From Faecousia sp. (lineage in GTDB: Bacteria > Bacillota > Clostridia > Oscillospirales > Oscillospiraceae): DNA of 64,000 bases. Below, in pieces: positions 44,765 to 54,124 of this stretch. Both the position numbers and the translations under genes were made by a program. The notes beneath the pieces are model-generated. The model ran no database searches, had not been told where the DNA came from, and worked only from the letters and a program-made list of their open reading frames with translations. The stretch lies in contig JBJFGB010000009.1 of assembly GCA_051892295.1 (NCBI GenBank), positions 2,170 through 66,169 on the forward strand, written 5' to 3'. Each line of letters begins with the position of its first letter. The stretch's first letter is position 1.

Positions 44765-45442
44765 ATGAAAATTTTAATTATCGAGGACGAAAAACTTTTG
44801 GCGGACTCTCTGAAAGTTCTCTTGGAAAGCAAGGGTTTTACCGTGGAAGCGGTCTATGACGGCGAAAGCGGCGAAGCATACGCCGAAACCGGAGTTTATG
44901 ATCTTCTCATCCTCGATGTGATGATGCCGAAAATGGACGGCTATGCCGTAGCGCGGCAGGTGCGGGCACATCGGTGCAGCACGCCGATTTTAATGCTGAC
45001 CGCAAAATCCGAGTTAGAAGACCGCATCGCCGGATTGAACGCGGGCGCGGATTACTATCTGACGAAGCCCTTTGATACGCGCGAGCTTTTGGCTTGCATC
45101 AACGCCCTCCTGCGCAGGCAGGGAAACGAAATAAACGAGCTGTCCTTCGGCAATACCGCGCTGGATCTCTCCTCTTCTACGCTGGTCTGCGGAGAGAACG
45201 AGGTGCGCCTTTCCGCGCGGGAGTTTGATGTCATGCGCCTGCTTTTACAGACGAAGAGCGGCAATCTCTCAAAAGAAGTCATCCTGTCCCGCGTATGGGG
45301 CTTTGACTCCAACGCGGTCGAAAATCATGTTGAGGTTTATGTCGGCTTCCTGCGGAAAAAGCTGGAGAGCATCGGTTCCAATGTCCGTATTGTCTCCGTC
45401 CGCAGGCTCGGCTACCATTTGGAGGTGGCAGAAGCATGTTAA
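44765..45442 (+). CDS. OmpR/PhoB-family response regulator
   Basis: Receiver (DLLILDVMMPKMDG) plus winged-helix output domain. Confidence 0.95.
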   Translation: MKILIIEDEKLLADSLKVLLESKGFTVEAVYDGESGEAYAETGVYDLLILDVMMPKMDGYAVARQVRAHRCSTPILMLTAKSELEDRIAGLNAGADYYLTKPFDTRELLACINALLRRQGNEINELSFGNTALDLSSSTLVCGENEVRLSAREFDVMRLLLQTKSGNLSKEVILSRVWGFDSNAVENHVEVYVGFLRKKLESIGSNVRIVSVRRLGYHLEVAEAC

Positions 45443-46641
45443 AAAAGCTCCGGCTCAAGTTTATCTGCATCAATATGGTGATTGTCACCGTTATGCTGTG
45501 CGTCATTCTCTCGCTTGTGCTGCATTCGACCCGCACGAACCTGAAAAACGAAAGTCTGCGCGCCATGCAGAGCATTGCAGCCTCCCCGGATACGCTGATC
45601 TTCGGACAGCCGGGAGAGGACGAAAGCGTGCGCCTTCCCTACTTTATGCTTCTCATGAAGAATAACCATATCACCATCATCGGCGGCGATTATTACGACC
45701 TCTCGGATGAGCGGATGCTGCGTGATATTCTGCAAGCGGCAACCGACGCGAGTGAAGAAACCGGCATTTTAGAAGACTACAGTCTGCGCTACTACCGCAC
45801 GACCTCCTCCCTCGGCGATGTCTGCGTCTTTGCCGATGCCAGCGGTGAGCTTGCCACGATGCAGAGCTTGCGCACCACCTGCCTCATCATCGGCGCGGTC
45901 AGCTTTTTTGTCTTTCTCGGTCTGAGCTTTATCCTTGCAAAATGGGCAATCAAGCCGGTGGAGCAAGCGTGGCAGCAGCAGCGCCAATTCGTCTCCGACG
46001 CCTCACACGAGCTGAAAACGCCGCTCACCGTGATTCTGACAAACGCGGAGCTGCTGCAAGCGCCGGAGCAAAGCGAGGAGCGCCGCGCACAGTTTGCGGA
46101 GAACATTCTCACAATGTCCCGGCAAATGCGCGGCTTGACGGAGGAACTATTACAGCTTGCCCGTGTGGATAATACGCAGAATTCCGTCCCACTGGAGCCG
46201 CTGGATCTGAGCAAGCTGATTTCAGACGCTGTGCTTCCCTTCGAGCCGCTGTTTTTTGAAAAAGGAATGCCCTTCACAGCAAATATCGAGCCGAATCTCA
46301 CAATCAAAGGCAGCGCCGCATATCTGCGTCAGCTTCCGGAGATTTTGCTGGATAACGCCCAGAAATACGCCTATCCGAACACGCCGGTCACCCTGACGCT
46401 GTGCAGGCGGGGCTATTCGCACTGCACCCTCACAGTCTCTAACTACGGCGATTCGCTTTCCCCGGAGGAGCTGAAAAACATTTTTAAACGCTTCTACCGC
46501 GCGGACAAGGCCCGTGCCATGAATCACAGCTACGGGCTTGGACTCCCAATCGCGGAAAGCATCGCCGCCATGCACCACGGCACCATCTGCGCCCAAAGCG
46601 CAAACGGTCTGAACAGCTTCATCGTCGAGCTGCCGTTATAA
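45436..46641 (+). CDS. sensor histidine kinase (two TM, HisKA plus HATPase_c)
   Basis: H-box FVSDASHELKTPLT plus N and G boxes; overlaps the regulator gene by 7 nt. Confidence 0.9.
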   Translation: MLKKLRLKFICINMVIVTVMLCVILSLVLHSTRTNLKNESLRAMQSIAASPDTLIFGQPGEDESVRLPYFMLLMKNNHITIIGGDYYDLSDERMLRDILQAATDASEETGILEDYSLRYYRTTSSLGDVCVFADASGELATMQSLRTTCLIIGAVSFFVFLGLSFILAKWAIKPVEQAWQQQRQFVSDASHELKTPLTVILTNAELLQAPEQSEERRAQFAENILTMSRQMRGLTEELLQLARVDNTQNSVPLEPLDLSKLISDAVLPFEPLFFEKGMPFTANIEPNLTIKGSAAYLRQLPEILLDNAQKYAYPNTPVTLTLCRRGYSHCTLTVSNYGDSLSPEELKNIFKRFYRADKARAMNHSYGLGLPIAESIAAMHHGTICAQSANGLNSFIVELPL

Positions 46642-46702
46642 TGCGCAAGCTCCCGCAGTTGCTGATCGTAAGTTTTATCTGATATGTGCCCATTTCTTTT
46701 AG

Positions 46703-46745
46703 AAAAAGCACCGCACAGGAGTCGAGGCGCCTGTGCGGTGGTTTT
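46703..46745. terminator. bidirectional intrinsic terminator
   Basis: AAAAAG-CACCGCACAGG..CCTGTGCGGTG-GTTTT between convergent genes. Confidence 0.8.
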
Positions 46746-47599
46746 CATAGGTCTTCGTCCTCCGGCAGCTCGTCGGCGGATTTTTTGCGGCGTTTGCGTG
46801 CCTTTTCCGCCTGAAGACGGCGGGCTTTTTCTTCGCGCTTGGCGAATTCCTGCGGATCGGCGCTCTCCCAATAGGCATCCAAGCGGTGATATTGCTCATA
46901 CAGCGACCACTCACTCGGGCTGAAATAGAACAGCGCGTTCAACAGGGAGAACACCTTAAACAGCGCCGCATAGACCCAAAAGAGCACGAAAAGGCACACC
47001 AAAAGCGCAAGGCAGCCGATGGCAATCTCCAGCACTGCGGGAGACTCCCCTTTGGCAAAAGCAATACAGGTATAGAGAATCGGGATTGCAGTGAGCGCCG
47101 TCAGGATGCTCGTCTCGGCAAAAATCGACCATTGCGGAATCTGCTTACGAAGCTCGTAAACCGTTTCCGCCTCATAGACAAGCGCCTTCGCGCATTCCGC
47201 CTCACTGCCGCGCAGGGGTTCGACCTGATTACCGTATTTTTTACGGTCAAGGAAGTAGATTACAGCAGTGATCGCGCCGGAAATCGCAAGCGGGATCAGA
47301 TAGGAAAAGCAGAGCGTAAAGGCGATCACACCGCCGAAGCTGCCCCGAGGGAAAGGTTCTACCATCGCAGGCAGGAGCGGCATTTTGGTAAAATACTCCT
47401 CAATCAGCGTTCCGCCGATGTATAGCGCAAAATTCGCGGTACAAAGCAGCAGATTGAACAGGAAAATGACTGACCCCACCGGCTGAAGGATGCGGCAAAG
47501 CAGCTTATTCCGTTTCAGCCTGCGCTCCAGCTTGATCAGCTCCTGCCATGTCGGCTGCACCTGTACGGCACTCATCGGTGTCTTCGGTTTCTTAAACAT
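46745..47599 (-). CDS. uncharacterised polytopic membrane protein with K/R/E-rich C-terminal tail
   Basis: 284 aa from ATG 47599 (AAAGGGGAG RBS), 4-5 TM. The track's 70-codon extension runs into ispF and is not supported. Confidence 0.6.
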   Translation of the reverse strand: MFKKPKTPMSAVQVQPTWQELIKLERRLKRNKLLCRILQPVGSVIFLFNLLLCTANFALYIGGTLIEEYFTKMPLLPAMVEPFPRGSFGGVIAFTLCFSYLIPLAISGAITAVIYFLDRKKYGNQVEPLRGSEAECAKALVYEAETVYELRKQIPQWSIFAETSILTALTAIPILYTCIAFAKGESPAVLEIAIGCLALLVCLFVLFWVYAALFKVFSLLNALFYFSPSEWSLYEQYHRLDAYWESADPQEFAKREEKARRLQAEKARKRRKKSADELPEDEDL

Positions 47600-47621
47600 C
47601 GTAGGCTCCCCTTTCTCTTTT

Positions 47622-48104
47622 TCAGCAATTGTTTGATTCCTCAAGCAAGCAGACCGCATGGCAGGCAATGCCCTCGCCGCTGCCGGTGAAGCCAAGCCCT
47701 TCCTCTGTTGTCGCTTTGATATTGATCCGCCCGAGCGGAATACACAGGGTCTTTGCAAGCTTCTCGCACATCTGCGGGATATAGTCCTTGAGCTTCGGAC
47801 GCTGGGCAAGCACAGTCACATCGACATTGCCGACACGGTATCCCTGTTCCGTCAGCCGTTCCATAACCGTTTGCAATAAAAGCATACTCGATATGCCGCG
47901 ATATCGCTCATCATTATCGGGAAACAGAACGCCGATGTCACGCATTGCCGCAGCGCCCAAGAGGGCATCCATGACCGCGTGAATCAGTACATCCGCGTCC
48001 GAGTGTCCGTCCAGTCCGCGTTCAAAGGGGATTTCTACGCCGCCGAGGATAAGCTTTCTCCCCTCTGTCAGGCGGTGGACATCATAGCCGTGTCCGATTC
48101 TCAT
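47622..48104 (-). CDS. ispF: 2-C-methyl-D-erythritol 2,4-cyclodiphosphate synthase
   Basis: [23 protein letters not shown]. Confidence 0.95.
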   Translation of the reverse strand: MRIGHGYDVHRLTEGRKLILGGVEIPFERGLDGHSDADVLIHAVMDALLGAAAMRDIGVLFPDNDERYRGISSMLLLQTVMERLTEQGYRVGNVDVTVLAQRPKLKDYIPQMCEKLAKTLCIPLGRINIKATTEEGLGFTGSGEGIACHAVCLLEESNNC

Positions 48105-48784
48105 CTTGTTTCCCTCCGTTTTAGAATTGCCTCTGCCAAAACCAAGTCGGACGGCACGGTAATTTTCAGATTTTCTTCCTCTCCCGCCGTCAAATGCACG
48201 GGATATCCCGCCGCCTCCATGGCGGAGCAGTCATCCGTCAGCGGAAGGTTTTCCGCTAAAGCCGCCTGCAGTGCCGTCCGAATTGCCTCCGTTCGAAACA
48301 CCTGCGGTGTCTGCACGGCAAAAAGCGTGCTGCGGTCCGGCGTCTGCGTGACAATCCCGTTTCGCGCGACCTTAATCGTGTCATGCACCGGGATTGCCGG
48401 TGCGGCTGCGCCGTATAGCGCTGCGGCAGCGATAGTCTCCTCAATCACCCGCACTGTAACCAGCGGGCGGGCGCCGTCGTGGATGGCGACCAATTCGGTA
48501 CGAACCGCCTCCAGACCACGCAGCACCGATTCGGCACGGCTGCTTCCGCCTTCCACAACAGCGCAAAGCCCTTTTGCATCCTGCTGACAAAGCTCCTTTA
48601 CTTCCTGTATCAGCTCTTTGCGGGTGACAATGATAAAATCCGCAATTTTCTCACTTGCGGCAAGGGCGCGCAGCGTACGCAGCAGCAGCGGGATGCCGCC
48701 GATAGGGGTCATTATTTTATCAATGCCGCACATCCGCTGCGCCGATCCGGCGGCAACGATCACGGCAGAACAGCCTTGTTTCAT
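48101..48784 (-). CDS. ispD: 2-C-methyl-D-erythritol 4-phosphate cytidylyltransferase
   Basis: [12 protein letters not shown]..., VAIHDGARP; 4-nt overlap with ispF. Confidence 0.9.
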   Translation of the reverse strand: MKQGCSAVIVAAGSAQRMCGIDKIMTPIGGIPLLLRTLRALAASEKIADFIIVTRKELIQEVKELCQQDAKGLCAVVEGGSSRAESVLRGLEAVRTELVAIHDGARPLVTVRVIEETIAAAALYGAAAPAIPVHDTIKVARNGIVTQTPDRSTLFAVQTPQVFRTEAIRTALQAALAENLPLTDDCSAMEAAGYPVHLTAGEEENLKITVPSDLVLAEAILKRRETR

Positions 48785-48785
48785 T

Positions 48786-50147
48786 CTAAAGCTCCATTAC
48801 CGTTTTTTTGAATTCCGCGCCTCGCACCATGAAATTCTTGAATTTATCAAACGCTGCGCTTGCGGGAGAGAGCAGGACAATGTCCCCTCGCTCTGCTCTG
48901 TCTGCCGCAGCGTGTACTGCGTCATAAAAATCCTCGATCTCCAAAATCTCGGGGCAGCCTGCGCTCGCACGCGCCGCTTGGGCGATCTTGCCGCCTGTCG
49001 CGCCGGTGCAGACAAGGAGCTTGACATGGGCGGCAATCTCCGGTCCGAGAACGTCATACGGAATATGCTTGTCATAGCCGCCGACAATGAGAATTACTTT
49101 TTGAGAGAAACTGCGCAGGCCGGCGATTGTGCGGCTCGGAGACGAGGCGATGGAATCATTATAAAACGACACGCCGTCCTTCACACGCACCAGCTCGATG
49201 CGGTGCTCCACGCCGCCGAAGCTTTTTGCGACCGCGCGCACATCGTCATCGGTCACAAGTCCCTCCGTGGCAAGAATGGCAGCCATATAGTTTTCAACAT
49301 TATGCAGCCCGGGGATCAAAATATCGCTCCGGCGCAAAATCTCATGCTCCCCGCGACAGATCGCGCCGTCTTGGAAAAACACCCCGTTTTCGACGCATTC
49401 CTGCCTTGAAAAGCGCTTGACCTCTCCCCTTGCCTCAGCGGCAAAGGAGTCGGTAATGGCGTTGTCGCGGTTGACAATCAGCACATCCGATGCCTCTTGA
49501 TAATGGAAGATATTCTTTTTCGCGCTTACATATTCGTCCATATCGCGGTGCATATCCAAATGGTTCGGCGCGAGATTCGTCACGACTGCAATATGGCAGC
49601 TATGGTGCAGATCCATAAGCTGAAAGGAGCTTAGCTCCAAAACAACCTGATCCGTCTCAAGCATTTGCTCCGTCTGATTCAGCAGCGGCGTTCCGATATT
49701 GCCGCCGAGCCAGACGCGATGCCCGGCGTGCCGCAGCAGCTCCGCGATCAGTGTCGCCGTGGTCGTCTTGCCGTCGGAACCGGTCACGCCGATGATTGGG
49801 CAAGGGCAGACCTCGAAAAACGCCTCCATCTCGCTGGTAATCCGTGTGCCTGCCGACCGCAGCGCCCGCAGCTCCGGCGTATCGGGATGCAGTCCCGGGG
49901 TGCGGAAAGCAATGTCACCACTGATGTTCTCCAAATAGTCTTCTCCAAGATGCAGCTTTGCCCCCATCTTTTCCAAGGTCAGCAGCTCTTCATCCAGCTT
50001 CTCTCGGGGCGTACGGTCGCAGCCGGTTACGTCGATTCCGTGCTCCAATAAAAGCCGCACTAACGGGCGGTTGCTTACGCCAAGCCCGAGGACAAGCACC
50101 TTCTTATTTTTCAGACGGTCCAAATACGCGTCCAGTTCCAAAAACAA
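48786..50147 (-). CDS. murD: UDP-N-acetylmuramoyl-L-alanine--D-glutamate ligase
   Basis: VLVLGLGVSN, GVTGSDGKTTT; TTG start with AAGAGG RBS. Confidence 0.95.
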   Translation of the reverse strand: MFLELDAYLDRLKNKKVLVLGLGVSNRPLVRLLLEHGIDVTGCDRTPREKLDEELLTLEKMGAKLHLGEDYLENISGDIAFRTPGLHPDTPELRALRSAGTRITSEMEAFFEVCPCPIIGVTGSDGKTTTATLIAELLRHAGHRVWLGGNIGTPLLNQTEQMLETDQVVLELSSFQLMDLHHSCHIAVVTNLAPNHLDMHRDMDEYVSAKKNIFHYQEASDVLIVNRDNAITDSFAAEARGEVKRFSRQECVENGVFFQDGAICRGEHEILRRSDILIPGLHNVENYMAAILATEGLVTDDDVRAVAKSFGGVEHRIELVRVKDGVSFYNDSIASSPSRTIAGLRSFSQKVILIVGGYDKHIPYDVLGPEIAAHVKLLVCTGATGGKIAQAARASAGCPEILEIEDFYDAVHAAADRAERGDIVLLSPASAAFDKFKNFMVRGAEFKKTVMEL

Positions 50148-50217
50148 CGCCTCTTTTCCGCAGTTTGTCGATTTCTTTCCTATATTATAGCCGACAAAAA
50201 GAAAATTTGCAATCCGT

Positions 50218-50246
50218 TTGACAAAGGAAGAAAAATAAAGTACAAT
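50218..50246 (+). promoter_or_regulatory. sigmaA-type promoter of rnpB
   Basis: TTGACA (50218-50223), 17 nt spacer, TACAAT (50241-50246). Confidence 0.75.
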
Positions 50247-50254
50247 ATACCGGT

Positions 50255-50607
50255 GACCGGAACGGACAGCCGCGTGAATTTGCCGAAAGGCGCTTTCATG
50301 AGGAAAGTCCGGGCTCCGCAGGGCAAGGATAACGGGTAACGCCCGCCGAAGGCGACTTCAGGAAAAGTGCAACAGAGATATACCGCCATATCTACGCTTT
50401 CGCAGATATGGTAAGGGTGGAAAGGCGAGGTAAGAGCTCACCCGCCGCATGGGAACATCGCGGCGCTGTAAACTCTATCCGGAGCAACACCGTGGAGGAG
50501 ACGCATGGTCTGCCCGACCGTCTCCGAGGAGGTGGCTTGAGCGTATCGGCAACGATACGTCGAGATAGATGGCTGTCGATCACAGAACCCGGCTTATAGT
50601 TCCGATC
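50255..50607 (+). ncRNA. rnpB: RNase P RNA, bacterial type A
   Basis: GAGGAAAGTCCGGGCTCC, GGTAAGGGTGGAAAGG, AGAGCTCACC and the 3' ACAGAACCCGGCTTAT hallmarks. P1 forms between GACCGGAAC (50255-) and GTTCCGATC (-50607). Confidence 0.92.
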
Positions 50608-50610
50608 ATA

Positions 50611-50646
50611 AAAAATCAGAGCGCTGCAAAGCGCTCTGATTTTTTA
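50611..50646. terminator. bidirectional terminator shared by rnpB and tcdA
   Basis: AAAAA-TCAGAGCGC-TGCAAA-GCGCTCTGA-TTTTTT. Confidence 0.85.
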
Positions 50647-51357
50647 TGTGGTTTCGGTAAGCTGCTGCACAACATAGCCTGCGAGCATCAGTCCCGCGCA
50701 GGACGGAACCCAAGAGACGGACGCAGGAATGCTTCTTCTGCCCGGAGGCGGAGTTTCTAAGTCGGCAGGCGTTCTCGGCAGTTCCTCGCTGTAAAGCACC
50801 GTATGGTGCAAAATGCCCCGGTTTCGCAGCTCTCTGCGCATCACGCGGGCTAAGTGGCAGCCGCTCGTCTTTGAGATATCGGTAATGCGGAACCGCATCG
50901 GGTCGAGCTTATTCCCCGTACCCATCGCGCTGACAATGGGAATGCCGCGCTCGATTGCCGTTTGAATCAGGCTTAGCTTGCAGGAGACTAAGTCGATTGC
51001 GTCCACAATATAATCATAGCGCTCTTGAAAAAAGGCTTCCTTCGTCTCTTCACGATAGAGCAGCGGCATTGAGGTCACGCGGCAAAGGGGATTGATGTCT
51101 CTGATTCGCGCCGCCATCACATCGGACTTATACTGTCCGAGGGTCGAGTGCAGCGCGCAGAGCTGGCGGTTCAGATTTGAGATGCCGACGGTATCGCTGT
51201 CCACCAAAGTCAGCGCACCGACACCCGCGCGCGCCAAGCCCTCGGCGACATAGCTTCCGACGCCGCCGATACCGAAAACAATCACATGCGCCTGACAAAG
51301 CCGCTGCATCGCCTCCGCGCCAAACAGCATTTCCTGCCGAATAAAGGGATTTTCCAT
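50644..51357 (-). CDS. tcdA: tRNA threonylcarbamoyladenosine dehydratase (ThiF/MoeB-family)
   Basis: VIVFGIGGVGSYVAEGLARAGVGALTLVDSDTVGISNLNRQ. Start at ATG 51357 (GAGGAA RBS); the track ORF is extended by 83 codons. Confidence 0.85.
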   Translation of the reverse strand: MENPFIRQEMLFGAEAMQRLCQAHVIVFGIGGVGSYVAEGLARAGVGALTLVDSDTVGISNLNRQLCALHSTLGQYKSDVMAARIRDINPLCRVTSMPLLYREETKEAFFQERYDYIVDAIDLVSCKLSLIQTAIERGIPIVSAMGTGNKLDPMRFRITDISKTSGCHLARVMRRELRNRGILHHTVLYSEELPRTPADLETPPPGRRSIPASVSWVPSCAGLMLAGYVVQQLTETT

Positions 51358-51406
51358 TCCTGTTTCCTCATATAATTTAGGGCGCCGAGACCGGCGCCCT
51401 AAAGGG

Positions 51407-52927
51407 TTAACTTGTTTGCATAATGAGGTCGACATTTCCTCCCATTGCGGCATCCTCATCGTAACCGCAATTGGCTCTCGCCGTCTCGGTGATATTATCA
51501 TACCACTCATTCGTGATTGTATTCGAGACGCTGACTGCCTGATGGGTATCACCGGAGCCGGTAATGTAGAGGAAAATCGTACCGCTGCTCGTCTCAAAGG
51601 AAGCAAAGTCGCCCGCCTTGCGCTCCTCTAAGCCCCAGTTGAACAGTTCCGTGCTTACGCCTGCCATGGAATTGCGCATCAGATTTTCAACAGCGCCGTC
51701 GGAGTCCTCACCGACATATTCCTGAACCAGCGCGCGGAAGTTCTCCTCAGAGCCGTCCGCTTTGAGAGAAGCCTCAATCGCAGCAATCTTCTCGGCCGCT
51801 GTTGTCTCGCCTTCTTCCAGTTCCTCGGAATCCGCGGCAATATACAGCTCAATGGCATTATAAGACGTGTAATCGCCCTTCGCTGCGAGCTTCAGAACGT
51901 AATAGACATCGTCCTTCTCAAAGAGCTTAACATTCTCGCCGTTGACGGAAGCGGTGTCAAAGATCCACGCCGCAGCCTCCTCGCCGTAGTAGCTTGTAAC
52001 GGAAGCCTTCGTGTAGTCCGCACAGACCGTGACCTTATCATCGTCGAGATTAAAATCCTTTGCCATTGCCTCTGCATCAGCCTTTGCCTCCGCCTTGTCT
52101 TCATCGGTCGGATCGGCAGTCGTGCCGTCCTCATTGGTTTCGGCATAATCGGAAGCCTTGGCGGAGTAGAGATAGAAGGAAACAACATCAAAGTCCTCCG
52201 GACTCTGCTCATAGCGCGCGGTAATCTCTGCGTCGGTATAGCTCAGGCTCTCCGGATAATGCGAAGCGGTATGGACGACGATCATATAGTTACGGTAGCC
52301 ATCTTCATCGCAGCCGTTGCCAAATACGCGGGCATAAAGCTCATCCGGCTTCTCTCCCTGCGCAGTTGCGATTCCGGCAATCTCCTCGATCTCGGAGTCA
52401 ATCTCTGCAAGATCCTCCGCATCGAGCGTATAGCCTGCCGCAACAGCCTCGTTGTAGATTGCATAAGTCTCAACAATCGTATCCTTCGTCGCGGAAGCGA
52501 AGAGCTGCGCCCAGGTCACATCCTCATAAACGCCTTCGTCGTTCGCCTGATAGTCAGCCAAATACGAAGTGTCAACGCCGAAGATTGACAGATAGGTCAG
52601 CGCATTGGACGTGACATTCTGCTTATCCAGCGTCGTGGAAGTGTCGATTCCCAAATAGCTTGCGTAGCTTGTAAAGGAGCTGACGGTACTGTTATAGAAG
52701 AAGTTAAACTCAGGAACCTTGACCTCATGGGAGCCGACAGTAAGCACGGTACGGCTGCGCTGATAGGCGCGGAAGCCGAAAATGCCTCCGAATACCAGAG
52801 CCACGATCAGCAATACGCTGATTGCAAGAATCCAGCCTTCAGACAGCTTCTTCTTTGTTTTCTTCTGGGGCGCGGGCACGGATACATTGCTATCCTGCCG
52901 CTTTTTTCTTTCACGGGAAGCGCTCAT
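51407..52927 (-). CDS. membrane-anchored acidic extracytoplasmic protein, SurA-N/PrsA-like chaperone candidate (no PPIase motif seen)
   Basis: Basic N-terminus, one TM, and ..VGSHEVKVPEFNFFY.. as in SurA-N-terminal-domain proteins of Clostridia. The remaining roughly 430 aa are D/E-rich. Confidence 0.5.
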   Translation of the reverse strand: MSASRERKKRQDSNVSVPAPQKKTKKKLSEGWILAISVLLIVALVFGGIFGFRAYQRSRTVLTVGSHEVKVPEFNFFYNSTVSSFTSYASYLGIDTSTTLDKQNVTSNALTYLSIFGVDTSYLADYQANDEGVYEDVTWAQLFASATKDTIVETYAIYNEAVAAGYTLDAEDLAEIDSEIEEIAGIATAQGEKPDELYARVFGNGCDEDGYRNYMIVVHTASHYPESLSYTDAEITARYEQSPEDFDVVSFYLYSAKASDYAETNEDGTTADPTDEDKAEAKADAEAMAKDFNLDDDKVTVCADYTKASVTSYYGEEAAAWIFDTASVNGENVKLFEKDDVYYVLKLAAKGDYTSYNAIELYIAADSEELEEGETTAAEKIAAIEASLKADGSEENFRALVQEYVGEDSDGAVENLMRNSMAGVSTELFNWGLEERKAGDFASFETSSGTIFLYITGSGDTHQAVSVSNTITNEWYDNITETARANCGYDEDAAMGGNVDLIMQTS

Positions 52928-52989
52928 GTTTATTACCTCTCATTCGTGGAAATCTTCGAGCGTGATCGCTCGAATATACAACAATAGAC

Positions 52990-53018
52990 ATTATAACTTC
53001 AATTTCCGTTTCTTGCAA
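52990..53018 (-). promoter_or_regulatory. sigmaA-type promoter of the 51407-52927 gene
   Basis: Minus strand TTGCAA (53018..53013), 17 nt spacer, TATAAT (52995..52990). Confidence 0.7.
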
Positions 53019-53103
53019 GTAGAAAGTGCAAAATCTGCAAAAAGTTTTGAAAAAAATTCACCGCACTCCGGAGAAGCGCATTCGCAGCCTATGTACGGTC
53101 GAT

Positions 53104-53126
53104 GAAAAAGGCGGCTTACGCCGCCT
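53104..53126 (-). terminator. intrinsic terminator (minus strand)
   Basis: Minus strand AGGCGGC-GTAA-GCCGCCT followed by TTTTT. Confidence 0.8.
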
Positions 53127-53139
53127 GTAACCCCGCTTT

Positions 53140-53316
53140 GGCCGTGTAGCTCCGATTATAACCTGCACAATATGGCAGGTGGGTTGTCTCTCCGCGTCTT
53201 AGCTGCTTCCAACATCCATTCACGGTCGGAGCCGGAACGGGAGGCCTGCAATCCGAGGCGGAAGTCCGACATCCCTTCAATTTGATGTGGGTTTAAAGGG
53301 AGCTATCACGCACCAA
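53140..53316 (-). ncRNA. unassigned structured RNA candidate (about 180 nt) ending at the 53104-53126 terminator
   Basis: No RBS-preceded ORF. The ends pair (53143-53153 with 53299-53310). Internal helices: 53161-53166/53175-53180, 53225-53230/53265-53270, and 53209-53216/53284-53291. Strand is inferred from the terminator. Confidence 0.35.
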
Positions 53317-53357
53317 GCAGGGAACTTTATTTCAATCCGAACGTCAAAAGCGCAGAA

Positions 53358-53648
53358 TCAATCCTCGTCTGTCTCCTCTTCGTCGTCAAACAGGGATTGC
53401 ATCAAAAGATCATAGACGGCATTCAGCTCATTCTCATCCTCCACGGCAATCAAAATCGGATCCCCGTCTTCCGTGACGGATTTTAAAATGCTGACCTCCA
53501 GCTCCTCCGCGTTCTCATCGACGTCGGCGGGCGTAAGCGCAAGATATTCCGCGCCGCGATAGGTCACGGAAGACAAAACCTCAAGCTCGTATTCCACGCC
53601 GTCTTCATCGGTAATGGAAATAATGTTTGCGCCATAGTCTTGCTCCAT
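53358..53648 (-). CDS. DUF1292-family small acidic protein
   Basis: ISITDEDGVEYELEVLSSVTYRGAEYLALTP...ILKSVTEDGDPILIAVEDENE matches the DUF1292 pattern. Start at ATG 53648. Confidence 0.8.
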   Translation of the reverse strand: MEQDYGANIISITDEDGVEYELEVLSSVTYRGAEYLALTPADVDENAEELEVSILKSVTEDGDPILIAVEDENELNAVYDLLMQSLFDDEEETDED

Positions 53649-54124
53649 AAGGAAGTACCTCCTGTGTTTCTCTTTTATTATTCTACTCCGCTTTGCGCAG
53701 AAAATCAAGAGGAAATCGGACGAAACATTTGCGCAGAACATTTTTCCTGCGCCGAACGCAGTTTTTCACGCCGCGTTTCTTCCCTTTCCGAGAAAATAGA
53801 GGAATTCGGAAAAAGCGTATGTGAAGCAATCTTGCCGCAAAAATCAAACTACCTTTTCCCCGTTTGCTCTTAGTTTCTCAAAAAGTCGGAAAAATATCAA
53901 ACAAAAAAAGCACTAATACAGATTTGACAAGCGTGATATAATTATAAAGATAGTGATAATGGGTTTTATTTGCTGTCTAACGACGGAACGCACGATGAAC
54001 TCTTGCATGCAGCGCGCCGACGGCGCATATAAAATGCCGCAAGCATGCATGCCGCGTTCTCTGCGGCGATTTCCGCTCTATGTTATAGATCAAATGCTGA
54101 TATTTCAGAAAGTGAGGGTTTCCA

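Noticed and set aside
53140-53316. SRP (4.5S/scRNA) assignment for the structured RNA, suggested by GGAAGCAGC on the minus strand and CCTGCAATCC on the plus strand
   Set aside because: The GGAAGCAGC is not preceded by the GNRA-capped helix-8 5' strand (..GGUCC-GGAA..), and no complementary 3' strand exists. The two suggestive motifs lie on opposite strands, so neither orientation gives a coherent SRP fold.
53742-54124. Possible riboswitch or small gene in the 383-bp region upstream of the PBP gene (ORF 53953-54207; palindromes GCGCCGACGGCGC and GCATGCATGC)
   Set aside because: The ORF overlaps the PBP start and has no RBS. The hairpins are short, and I recognise no riboswitch core. It is probably just the divergent promoter/5'-UTR region.
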